DNA from: an uncultured delta proteobacterium
Lineage (GTDB): Bacteria; Desulfobacterota; RBG-13-43-22
Length of the DNA: 64,000 nucleotides
Direction: 5' to 3'
Assembly: GCA_963843145.1 (NCBI GenBank)
Contig: CAWJJC010000020.1
Coordinates: 384,001 to 448,000 of the forward strand
Both the position numbers and the translations under genes were made by a program. A model generated the notes under the pieces. That model had not been told where the DNA came from and ran no database searches. It saw only the letters and a program-made list of their open reading frames with translations. Positions 10,847-20,239 of the stretch are shown here, piece by piece. Position 1 is the first letter of the stretch. Each line of letters opens with the position of its first letter.

Positions 10847-11105
10847 AAACCGCTCTTAGTTCAAAGGATTCGGACCTGGGCTCCCTTGCTTCCACTGTTA
10901 AAAATTCGTGAAGTTCTTTAATGGAAAGAGGGGCGTTATAGACATCTTCGTCTGTCCGAGCGACTTCTTCAAAGGATTCGATCGCCTCTTTTAGTTTGGA
11001 GACGGCCTTTTTCTTGCTTTTGCCTTGCCCTACCAACCCGTTTTCAAGGCATAAGGCTACCCAATAGTCCCCACTTTTTCTTAAAACAGTTGTATAAAAT
11101 TCCAT
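10839..11105 (-). CDS. hicB: HicB-family antitoxin
   Basis: YWVALCLENGLVGQGKSKKKAVSKLKEAI HicB-like pattern; followed by a hicA fragment. Confidence 0.75.
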   Translation of the reverse strand: MEFYTTVLRKSGDYWVALCLENGLVGQGKSKKKAVSKLKEAIESFEEVARTDEDVYNAPLSIKELHEFLTVEAREPRSESFELRAVYA

Positions 11106-11134
11106 AATTTTCCCCTTTTCCCTTACCTTTTTCC

Positions 11135-11645
11135 TTACCTTGGTACTGCCAAAAGCATGGCATCTAAGAGTCTTTTTTCATCACTCCCCTCAGGATACAG
11201 GGCCGAAAGGGAGTTGGCAAGGCGTAAAAAATCAGGCCCCCGGTCCTGTTTGGCCTTCAAAAGTGCGCAGGGCATTGGTTTGCGCGCTGGATTGTAACCA
11301 CATGGCGGCATGGACCCGGTCAAGGGTGGTGGCGCCTTTATCTTTAATCACCCCTTCAGAAACATCCAAATTGGTTTGCTTCGCTCCCCTTCTGCCTCGT
11401 CCTTTTATTTGGGGTGGGAGGGCTTCTTCCTTCTGCTGAAAAAGAGAAAGTTGGATGTTTCCTTGTGGAGATTGTTCAAACCGTTCGGCAAAGGCATGGG
11501 CGGTTTCTTCCCCAAAAAGCTGTTTGGCCCTTTCCATGACGGATAGAAGCCGATCGACCCCTTTCTCAGTTTCGATAATCCGTCCTTTCCATTCGGGCAA
11601 TCGAATGCCAAGGGGCTGGGCAAACCGGCGTACCACATCAAAATT
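11135..11645 (-). pseudogene. C-terminal remnant of a DUF1156-type adenine DNA methyltransferase
   Basis: Recognised from memory: FDVVRRFAQPLGI..GRIIETEKG..TTLDRVHAAM..ALLKA.QDRGPDFLRLANSLSALYP..EKRLLDAMLLAVPR; no N-terminus. Confidence 0.55.
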
Positions 11646-11770
11646 GACCGCCTTAAGAGGTTCAAGCCTATACTGCATTCGCTCATGGTCGGTTGGATCC
11701 GACCGGCCGACGGGAATGAGGACCATGGGAATCTGAGAAACATGGGGGACAAACCCCCAAATCATTCGTC
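11646..11770 (-). pseudogene. Fragment paralogous to the gene at 53803-54507
   Basis: WGFVPHVSQIPMVLIPVGRSDPTDHERMQYRLEPLKAV nearly identical to the translation of ~54308-54430. Confidence 0.85.
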
Positions 11771-11784
11771 ATCCTTCTATCCCC

Positions 11785-12342
11785 GGCGTTACGATCCACT
11801 CGCAACAGAATTCGGTAATGGGTCCATGAGAGATTCGGATGCAAATTTCCCGGCTGCCAGGGTTTTCCAAACAGTATTGGAAGAGTTGAAGCTGGTATTG
11901 GGGAATCTCCCTGTGGATCGTTCAAAACCTTTTTCCCGGGAGCCTTTGCTTCGAATTTCGAACTCGTTGCGTTCGAATTGAAATAGTCAGAAAAGTTCGA
12001 AGAAATCGAACGCAGTGCGTTCGATTTTTGTCCACCCAGTAAAGCATCTTACTCCAGGTAAAACTTGCGGCAATATTCGAGGTTTCTTACTGACCAACCT
12101 TTTCCAAATTCTTTTCCTAACCGTTCAGCCAAATCTATTAGAAGATTTTCCCCGTAACCCGCTCTTCGTTTGCCCTGCTGCTCTTCCTCAACGATCTCCC
12201 GGCCGATTAGCCAGTTGGACACCACCTGGGTGGTGTTGACCGTGCGGGACACATTCGTCCGGGCCGACTCCAGAATCTGTCGGATGCGTTCATATAGCGG
12301 TGCCTTTTTGTTTTCAGGCAGCTTTGTCGGCGATTCTTTCAC
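11785..12342 (-). pseudogene. DUF1016 (YhcG) family, N-terminal half, disrupted
   Basis: GTG 12342; LESARTNVSRTVNTTQVVSNWLIGREIVEEEQQGKRRAGYG, GKGWSVRNL, later NLSWTHYRILLRV; nuclease half absent. Confidence 0.85.
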
Positions 12343-12727
12343 GGCTCTATCTCCTCGCCCAAAAAGGGGCAACTGCCCCGGTTTGGGCGGGCCTTGGGCA
12401 GATTTTCCACCCGGAGGCTGTAATCGTCATGTCCCCATTCGCAGCGTTTTAAGACGGCATTGGGAATCATTTTGATCGTCAGATTGGGGAAACGGTCGGA
12501 CTTCCCCCGAAAGGCCGAACAAAAAACCAGCAGGGATCGGCTTTGGCCCACTTCATCGTTTAAGCCCTGAAGCTGGTCATGGCTCAGGTTCTGGGTGGTT
12601 ACGTAAATATAATCTCCCTTTCCGTGGAATGGCCGTGCTGCCAATAGATAGCTTCGCTCCGGGCATAGACAAACCCCTCCAGTTTACAGAGGGCCTCGGC
12701 CAACATGGCGGCATTGTATTGCTTAGT
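12339..12727 (-). pseudogene. Type III R-M Mod (DNA methyltransferase) C-terminal remnant
   Basis: KQYNAAMLAEALCKLEGF..YWQHGHSTER..IYVTTQNLS..FCSAFRG..CEWGHDDYSLRVENLP (family recognised from memory; matching res fragment at 51905-52081). Confidence 0.7.
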
Positions 12728-14072
12728 TGTTAAGTGCCATGACATCGTAGACACAATAGTGTGCCAGCACATCGTAGACAAAGTTCTCTGACAATCGAAT
12801 AGCCACTCGGTCATAATCATGAACACCGAAACCAAAATGGAGGTGTTCATGAAGGATGAAGTGGAGTTAACAACGGACCTGGGCGGTACGACGTTTTCTC
12901 TATGGTGAGAAGCCCGAATCAATCTGTGTTTCGCTTCGGTAGATCGAAAGCATGGCTGTATAAGTGGGTCAAGCGGTATCTTGAAGACGATCCTTTCTGG
13001 GTCGAAAACCGGTCTCGACGTCCCCTCAACAATCCGACACACACCGCCAGAAATTGAGGAGATCGTCAAGCTGGTGCGTTTCAATCTTTACAACCAAGAT
13101 TTATTTTGCGGTGCGCAGGCCATCCTGTGGGAAATGGAAGATCTTGGTGTTAAGCCGCTTCCCTCGCTCCGCACCATAAACCGCATTCTCAATGCAGGGG
13201 CTGACTCATCGACGTACAGGGCAATATGAAGCCAAAGGAACACCATATCCCAAGCTGCCGTCGCTGTTGCCGAACCAGACCCATCAGGCTGATCTGGTCG
13301 GCCCGTGTTATCTGAAAGGGCCCGTTCGCTTCTACAGCCTCAATATCGTCGATACGGCCACGGTCCGTTGCGGACTACACCCGTCGCTCTCCAAGGCCGG
13401 CCAGCAGATCATAGACGGTATCTGGGCGATCTGGAAGCGTCTGGGAATACCGGACAACCTCCAGATCGACAACGCAATGTCCTTCTTTGGCAGTCCGACC
13501 CATCCCCGTGGCATGGGGCCGCTTATCCGGCTGTGCCTGCACAACGGAGTCGAGCCATGGTTTATCCCCATGGCCGAACCATGGCGAAACGGGATCATCG
13601 AAAAGTTCAACGACCGTTACCAACAAAGTTTCCTCCAAGGTCACCATGGCAAATCCGGAGATGCTCTCCGGATCGCTGGCCTTTGAGCAGCGGCACAACA
13701 GCAGCTACCGATATAGCAAACTCGGCGGGAAAACGCCCTTGAAAGCGTTGGAGGCGGCTAATCGCGTTTGAGGTTTCCAAACAGGAACAACCTCCTCGGC
13801 ACCGGCTTAAAAAGCCAGAAAACGGACGATACCATGTGGTCCGCCTGATCCGCAGAGATCTGAAGTTAAACATCTTTGGTGAACTCTTCCCGTTCCCCCC
13901 GAGCTGGAGCATGAATACGTGGTGGCTACGATCGATGTCAAAGAACAGAAATTGAAAGCTCTACCTGGACAAAACAGAATCGAGGTAATGTTCGATTACT
14001 AATTACGCTAATAACTGAGTGTCCACGATGTCGTGGCACGAAAATCCGTCCACGATGTCGTGGCACTCAACA
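12728..14072 (+). mobile_element. IS481-like insertion sequence (1345 bp) with frameshifted DDE transposase (~12849-14010)
   Basis: TGT...ACA ends; IRs TGTTAAGTGCCATGACATCGTAGAC / GTCCACGATGTCGTGGCACTCAACA; 20-bp unit repeated at 27-bp spacing at each end; flanks CTTAGT / CGTAGT; HQADLVGP, LQIDN, PWRNGIIEKFN. Confidence 0.88.
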
Positions 14073-15720
14073 CGTAGTAATTTATGCACCGCCGGAACAA
14101 CGTCACCCTTTCACGTTTAGTATAATCAAATGGCAAATTGATCGAATGAAACGCCCGGCCTAATTTGGGGACATATATTGCAAAAACTTCTTTAAAGACA
14201 CGTTCTACTCTTACCCGAACTTGCTTTTCTTTCTGCATGGGGACCTCTAACAAAATTGCATCATGCATAGGTATCAAGAAGCCGACATCATTCATCGATT
14301 CGCTCAGAGTGAGAAGTGATATCTTGAAAATATAAGACGCTGTTCCCTGTATTATCTGATTTGGCACCCATCGCTTTTCTTTTTCTGTTATTTCTCCCTT
14401 TTCTCTTAAGTACCTTCTATTCCCCGAGATTGTAGCGGTATAGCCCTTCTCTTTAGCCTCATTGCAAACCTGGTCTTTCCAAGCAGCAAGCGATTTAAAT
14501 TCGCTAAAGAATTTAAGACCTTGGGCCTTGATTTCGTCCTGGCCGGTGAGATTGACAATAAGTTTCCCAAGTCTTTCCTTTGAAATACCATATAAGAAGG
14601 CCAAAAAAATAGTTTTCGCTATTTTGCGTTTATTCTTCGTTCCAAACAGAAGGATACTCAATTCACTATACACATCACCCTTATTGTACAAATTTATTAG
14701 TTTCGGGTCCTTGGAAAATGATGCAATTATCCCAGGCTCAAACTGGTCAAAATCGGCATATATATAAATCTTACCTTCTCTAGGAGTGAATATGGCGCGA
14801 CAGGTTTTTTTTAGATACTGAATGCCCGGCTTCGTGACCAAGATTCTGCCTGTCACCGTTCCTAAAACATCAAACTCGGGATAAATGTACTTATAGGCGC
14901 TAACGGAGTATTTTAATAGTGTCGAGTAATCCATGGACGCATTTTTTGCCACAAGTAAACATTTCAAAAAATCATCGTATTCAGAGTAGATTTCAGTGAA
15001 TTCCCAAAAATCATAATCCATCTCGGTACTAATATCAGTAAGAGAAGTGTAATCCCTAACGTCTTCCCATTTCATATTGGAAATTATCTTCTGACTTACA
15101 AAATTGTAGTCGAGTTCAAGTCTCTTGATTGATGAAAAACGTGTCGTTTTCAGATCCAAAAGTTTGTCAATGAGTCTATCCTGGGAAAGAACCAGTCCGT
15201 CAAGTTGCGTACGCAAGAATAGATTGTAAATCGGGACCTCCACCTGAGTAAATCTTCCTTTTTCATCTTTTAAATTCAAGTCTTTTTCAATTGCTGCCCA
15301 GGCACTATTAAACCCATTAAGCAGATCAGCAATATTTTTAAGAAAATTCTCATCCGTATCCAATGAAACGACCTCTAACTGGTTAATTTTGTGTAACCAC
15401 ATTAGCGTTTCCCTAGAAACAAATTCCCGAATGATCCCCTTAAGAATCCACGGTTCATTGCCCACCTTATAATCGGATTTAGGACGCCCAGTCAGAAGTT
15501 TTTTTGCCGTCACTATATCAACGACCTTAGGTAACCGGCTTGGTTTTAAGTCTCTTAATTGATCTATACATTCTTCAAAATTATATGCTACTATTTCTGA
15601 GTACCTTAGGATACTTCTGACATATCTGCTATAGAAGACTCGATTTCCTACCTTCATTAGTACATATGGTTTTTCTTCAAGCGGATGTCTCAAGCAAATC
15701 ATGAACAAGGATTCAGACAT
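14008..15720 (-). CDS. Family A DNA polymerase (no 5'-3' exonuclease); true stop probably ~14126
   Basis: TVTGRI, motif A YADFDQFE, motif B RKIAKTIFLAFLYG, NQIIQGTA, motif C MHDAILLE; the called tail reads into the IS end, while one extra T in the T-run near 14182-14186 gives ..EVFCNICPQIRPGVSFDQFAI*. Confidence 0.9.
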   Translation of the reverse strand: MSESLFMICLRHPLEEKPYVLMKVGNRVFYSRYVRSILRYSEIVAYNFEECIDQLRDLKPSRLPKVVDIVTAKKLLTGRPKSDYKVGNEPWILKGIIREFVSRETLMWLHKINQLEVVSLDTDENFLKNIADLLNGFNSAWAAIEKDLNLKDEKGRFTQVEVPIYNLFLRTQLDGLVLSQDRLIDKLLDLKTTRFSSIKRLELDYNFVSQKIISNMKWEDVRDYTSLTDISTEMDYDFWEFTEIYSEYDDFLKCLLVAKNASMDYSTLLKYSVSAYKYIYPEFDVLGTVTGRILVTKPGIQYLKKTCRAIFTPREGKIYIYADFDQFEPGIIASFSKDPKLINLYNKGDVYSELSILLFGTKNKRKIAKTIFLAFLYGISKERLGKLIVNLTGQDEIKAQGLKFFSEFKSLAAWKDQVCNEAKEKGYTATISGNRRYLREKGEITEKEKRWVPNQIIQGTASYIFKISLLTLSESMNDVGFLIPMHDAILLEVPMQKEKQVRVRVERVFKEVFAIYVPKLGRAFHSINLPFDYTKRERVTLFRRCINYYVLSATTSWTDFRATTSWTLSY

Positions 15721-17361
15721 AAAATGACACCTCTCTAATCAGATCATAATATCTGATTTCTCTCGGAGGTTCGATGTATTTTGGGGTTGCAAACTTGCTG
15801 AGAGTCCTAAACATACCCACTGACTCTGCTTTTATATGCGCTTGAACTTTCTCCTTAACCGTTTGATATTCTACTTCCTGGATAGCAATTAGAGCATGCC
15901 TCTGTAAGAAGAAATTGTCAAAATTCGGAAATTTTTCAACAATCCAATCTCTGGAAGTTTTGTCACCGCAGCAACCTAAATACAAGATTGCGCCGGCCTT
16001 ATCAGCATGACTGGAAGTCGTATTAACAACATTCTTGGCGTGCTGAATTAATTCTGAATCACAAAATCGATAATAAGCAAATACCTTCCACAACAAATAG
16101 TTTTGCCAACCATAAATTGCTTTCTTAGTGTCCAATTGAAAATTCCGCAGTAGCTTCAACTCACTGTTCTCCAAGTTGACAGCGACCAGATAAGAATAGA
16201 ATTGGTCGGAAATATGGGGCCACTCTGGTATACAATCAAGGATAGCCCCTGTAATATCTTTGAAGAAATTCGCTGGCTTTGCTATGTCTTTACATAATGC
16301 CAATCGTCCAATTCTATTGACAAAGAAGCGAAATTCTCTATCTGACACTCTCTCTTCTCTAATTGCACTAAGTAGCCCGTCACGAACTTCCTTGAAGGCC
16401 ATCGCAACCAACGGTTTCTTCTTACTATTTAGCAATGAGTCGATTCTTTCGAGGTCAAATTGATTGGAGGTGGTTGCGGGATGACCCGGTTGGCCAGGTT
16501 CAATAATTTTTGTCTTAGAACCATTAACATTTAGACCAATCTTCCTCAGTTCATTTATAAGCTGTTTCAATATATTTCTGGCATCGTATTTGTCTTCACA
16601 AATCACTCTGATATCGTCAACGTATCTATAATAATCGAATTTTCCCCTTAACATAAACAGGTCTAGGGGGCGAAGATATATGCTAGCCAAAAAGGATGAA
16701 ATATCTCTATTTTGAGGGAGTCCATTCACTCCATTGTACGACCAAACCTCTACACAGCGGCATATCGATTCTATGCAGAACCTTAATTTGGCTTTTCCTT
16801 TAGCGGACCCGTCCACCTCACTTAGGCACTGAAATAATGTCGCTTTCAAATCGGCAATTCGGATACTTTCGAAATAATTCTGTATATCGGTTTCAAGGAC
16901 CGTCTTGTTAGCTGAATCTACCCGTACAAATTCTCGGAATTTGGTCCATTGTTCTATTGGGGGTAGGAACAAACTTTTGGGCTTGCCTTTTCGGTAGGAG
17001 ATCTCATCCAAGCGATGGCTCAAGACACGCCGAGGAATTACCGCGTCAAAGTGTTCGATGAGGATCTCACCAAAGGCATGATAAGCAACTCTGTCGTAGA
17101 AACAGGTTTCGAGGGAATATCTTAGCGTGGCCCCTTTTTTGGGAACATTTGCCACTAACTTTTTGATAGGCTGATATACACCATTGTTCGTTTCTATGTT
17201 GCTATGAAAATACCAAACAATATCACTTGTGTTTAACCGATCCTCGAATAGCAAGGGGTCAAGGAACCAATCATCTTTCAAGTCCTGTCTTACGAAACGA
17301 ACTGTTCTATCCAGATCTATAACGCAGTATCCAAGATCCAAAAAGGCTTTTTTTTTCCCAT
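15713..17361 (-). CDS. Reverse transcriptase of the UG/Abi (defence-associated) type with a helical C-terminal domain
   Basis: VPKKGATLR, TDIQNYFESI, GLPQNRDISSFLASIYL, YYRYVDDIRV, GLNVNGSKTKI; ~250-aa helical tail; start is TTG 17341, or ATG 17361 if one base is missing from the homopolymer runs. Confidence 0.93.
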
Positions 17362-17579
17362 ATGTTTACCAAAGGTATTCCGTGGGACTCTTCTTTATTT
17401 CAATGGAGCTTCTCTGTTTATAGTTATCCTGGCTCTTTCATGGGATTAAAAGTTCTTTTTTTGCCAAGGTGGAATATTAATCGTCACATTCCTTCTTCTT
17501 ATACACTCCGAATAGACCAAAATCGGAATGCTTCATGGATTGACCTTTCGATTAAGATTGTTGGCCAAGGAAGACAGTA

Positions 17580-18393
17580 TTATATCTCGCTTAATCTCTT
17601 TGCCTCGGAAAAGAAGATGGCCGATCCAACCGGTTTATCCTGCCAGACCTTCTCTCGGTGAGCCGCTTTATAAACCTGGCGTTCATCGGGGAAGGTCTTG
17701 ACGATCTTCTCGATAATCAACAGTTCTTTCTGGGCAAGGGGTTCGGCCTCGGAATCATCCGCTTTTTTAATCTCTTCCACCAAGTCCCGGTAGTTGTTGA
17801 GCTGTGGCCCCAAAGGCAGAGCGGCATAACCGGCCCCGGTCATGCTGGTCCCCAGATCGCGGAAGGCCAGCATATCCGCATACCAGAGGTATTTGGCTGC
17901 ATAAAGCATTCGGTCTGTTTTTCTGAGAAGCGGCCTTCCTAATTTGTTTTCAAAAGTGGTTAAAACTAATTTGGTCCGCGGGATAGAAAAAGGTTCGGTT
18001 TCCCGAAAAATCGTCTCTCAAACGGTGTCCTATCAGGTGAAGGCGAAGGGCGTGGTCCAGGGACTTGCTCTGGATCAGCCCGGTTTCCCATCGTTTAATA
18101 CTGGCCACTCCGATCTTTAGGATGTCTGCCAAGGCCTGTTGGGTCAACCCTCTTTTTTTGCGTAACGTTTTAATCTCGTCGCCGGTAAGAAGTCCGGTCC
18201 GCTTTCGGAAGGCATCGGCCAAATCCTGTTGAATGGGTCCGGCGGTTTTAGCCGTTCCGGCCTCCATTCCGCATTCCGGGCAGACATAGGCCTCAACCTG
18301 GGAGGGAATCTCCATTCCCCGAAAGCTGACGGTCTTGGTAATTTTCAGGAGTTTCATCCGGTCATGCCCTCGGGGGCAATTTAAAGCCTTCAT
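17580..18393 (-). CDS. MqsA-like Zn-finger + XRE HTH + Panacea (DUF4065/SocA) antitoxin; frameshifted ~17915-18000
   Basis: CPRGH..CPECG, LTGDEIKTLRKKRGLTQQALADILKIGVASIKRWETG, then KYLWYADMLAFRDLGTSMTGAGYAALPLGP. Confidence 0.75.
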
Positions 18394-18402
18394 GATGATT
18401 TC

Positions 18403-19524
18403 CTAGTTCTTTACTGCTTTGAATTTGGAAAATCGAATCCGATTCTTGAGTTTATTGCCTTGTGAAAAGGAAATAATATTTTCATGTTGAAGCCGTCCTA
18501 CAATAATTCCGGGGGCAATGTCTATCTGTTCTGCAAATCGTAAAATCGTATCCGGGCTGAAGTCGTTGCCGGTTATGAAATTTTTATAGGCTTCCTTGGG
18601 AATTAACATTTCCTGGGAAAAAAGATCGGCCTCTTTTTCCTTGGAAATCCTTTCAGGTTCTCGGTGACCATCCCCTGAGGCCTCGATATAGACTTCTTTT
18701 TTCCCATGAAGCAGAATATGACCGGCTTCATGAAAAAAGGTGAACCAGAGATGATCGTCACTTTTTCCGCGCAAACTGAGCTGGATGAGGGCCTTCGAAG
18801 GTTTCAGCCAGCGAGTGGCTCCATAAAGGCGTGTTCCCGGGAGTTCCGGGATGAAGACCACGGCCACGCCGCTTCCCGCGCAAAGTTCCTTCATGGCCGG
18901 TTCAAACACCTCGGGACCCTTTTGAGTCAAGGTCCGTATTTTTTGTAAAGCCTTCAGGAAAGAACGCGGTTGAAAAGATTGGCAGTCAACCTTTTGCCCT
19001 TCAATCTCTCCCCGGCGCAACCAGGCGGCCACGGCGGCCGGATTACTTTGAAAGGCCTTTGAATTGCGGTAGGCCGCTTGAGGGTTTTCCCATATTGCCT
19101 TCCATTCGTTAACGCCGGCTACTCCAAAAAAAGTCAAAAGGTCCCGTACTCTCTTAATCGGGTTATCCTCCTTTGACAACCAGCCCATTTTTACCATGGC
19201 CGCCAGAGGAAACCCCTTTAGCCAATTAGCCTGTTTTTCCAGATAATGGTCTTCTCTAAGCCGGGCCTGCCTTTCTTGATAGTTGCGCTCCAGGTTGTTC
19301 CAGAAAGAAGCCGGGACACCCAGCACCCTTTCCAATTGGAGGGCCGTTTCCGAGGTTATAGCTGCTTTCCCCATGATGATCTCATTAACGGTCTTTTTGG
19401 GGCGGCCTGTCCTCTCCGCCAACTCCGCCTGGCTCATGCCGATCGTTTCCAGCGTTTCTTTCAGAGTTTCACCGGGAGGAACGGCATAGTCCGGTTGAAA
19501 TGATTGGTCGGCATTCCTATTCAT
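18403..19524 (-). CDS. higA: HigA-family antitoxin fused to an ImmA/IrrE-type metallopeptidase domain
   Basis: VPPGETLKETLETIGMSQAELAER..FWNNLE; FTFFHEAGHILLH (HExxH); EKEADLF. Confidence 0.9.
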   Translation of the reverse strand: MNRNADQSFQPDYAVPPGETLKETLETIGMSQAELAERTGRPKKTVNEIIMGKAAITSETALQLERVLGVPASFWNNLERNYQERQARLREDHYLEKQANWLKGFPLAAMVKMGWLSKEDNPIKRVRDLLTFFGVAGVNEWKAIWENPQAAYRNSKAFQSNPAAVAAWLRRGEIEGQKVDCQSFQPRSFLKALQKIRTLTQKGPEVFEPAMKELCAGSGVAVVFIPELPGTRLYGATRWLKPSKALIQLSLRGKSDDHLWFTFFHEAGHILLHGKKEVYIEASGDGHREPERISKEKEADLFSQEMLIPKEAYKNFITGNDFSPDTILRFAEQIDIAPGIIVGRLQHENIISFSQGNKLKNRIRFSKFKAVKN

Positions 19525-19855
19525 GCGTATCCTCAATTCCTAATATCTTGACTTTGGTGATTTTTTTCCAGTTTAGGCCACCGTCCTCTTTCCGAGGACA
19601 ATCTTCATAATCTGGAAGAATGATCAGCCGGTATGGCTGCTTTACATCGAGAGAAATCTGGCCCTTACGGTTTCCGGTTAACTCATGGGCTCGGGCTTGC
19701 GGGAGGGTGCGTAGTATTTCAAGGTTATCGGCGGCCTGAATTTCAGACAGACGCCGGGTAATTTTCCTGGCCTGTTCTTGGCCAAAGACCTTAATCAAAG
19801 CTTTTTCACTCGAAAAGGTTTTTTGATCTTGTTTCCTTCTAAAAGAAATTAACAT
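19517..19855 (-). CDS. higB: HigB (RelE-like, killer protein) toxin
   Basis: RAHELTGNRKGQISLDVKQPYRLII..IEDTHE; overlaps the higA start. Confidence 0.88.
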   Translation of the reverse strand: MLISFRRKQDQKTFSSEKALIKVFGQEQARKITRRLSEIQAADNLEILRTLPQARAHELTGNRKGQISLDVKQPYRLIILPDYEDCPRKEDGGLNWKKITKVKILGIEDTHE

Positions 19856-19882
19856 CGCGCCCGTCTAATGTCAATAAAAAAA

Positions 19883-19897
19883 TAACCCTTAGGGTTA
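19883..19897. promoter_or_regulatory. Palindromic operator upstream of higBA
   Basis: TAACCC-TTA-GGGTTA, 28 bp before the higB ATG and next to a minus-strand TTGACA. Confidence 0.6.
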
Positions 19898-20113
19898 ATA
19901 ATAAATTTTAAATCGGGCTCCGTTAAGATTGAATCGCTATCGCTGCCAAAGCCCCAGCATTCGAATCGTCCGAGGCATCGCGCCCTGAGTTGGATGATAC
20001 TCAAGTATCCTTTTCGCCCAATAAATGATACTTATCAATCAAAAAGATCATTAAACCTTCTGGCTTGACGGACCCGAGTTTCGCGTCCACCTCACCAGTC
20101 CGTCGTTGAAAAT

Positions 20114-20200
20114 AAAAAAGCCCTGCTCCTTGATTACGAAGCAGAACCTTTGAGTTTCATTCATCCTCCCCAAGTTAAGGTTAGGCGGAAAAATAATCGG
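20114..20200 (-). repeat. 87-bp leader/terminator element, copy 1 (copy 2 at 63567-63653)
   Basis: Ungapped match with 14 mismatches in 87 by manual alignment; GGAGG, 8-codon ORF, hairpin plus U-run. Confidence 0.85.
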
Positions 20201-20239
20201 CCTGGATTTCGCCGGCACTGGTGAAAAAAGCTGCCCTTT

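Noticed and set aside
12734-12780. Direct repeats resembling a mini-CRISPR (also 14020-14066)
   Set aside because: Only two units with 7-bp spacing, mirrored at both IS ends; no cas genes
14008-14125. PolA C-terminal tail with repeated ATTSWT
   Set aside because: It is the translation of the IS subterminal repeats, reached through a probable homopolymer indel; not a protein repeat
15713-17341. RT as group II intron, retron, DGR or CRISPR-associated RT
   Set aside because: No intron domain V/VI or maturase features, no retron NAxxH/VTG motifs, no TR/VR pair, no cas1 seen
19950-20110. TTCGAATC and ..CACCA suggesting a tRNA or tmRNA end at the island border
   Set aside because: No T-arm pairing or cloverleaf could be built
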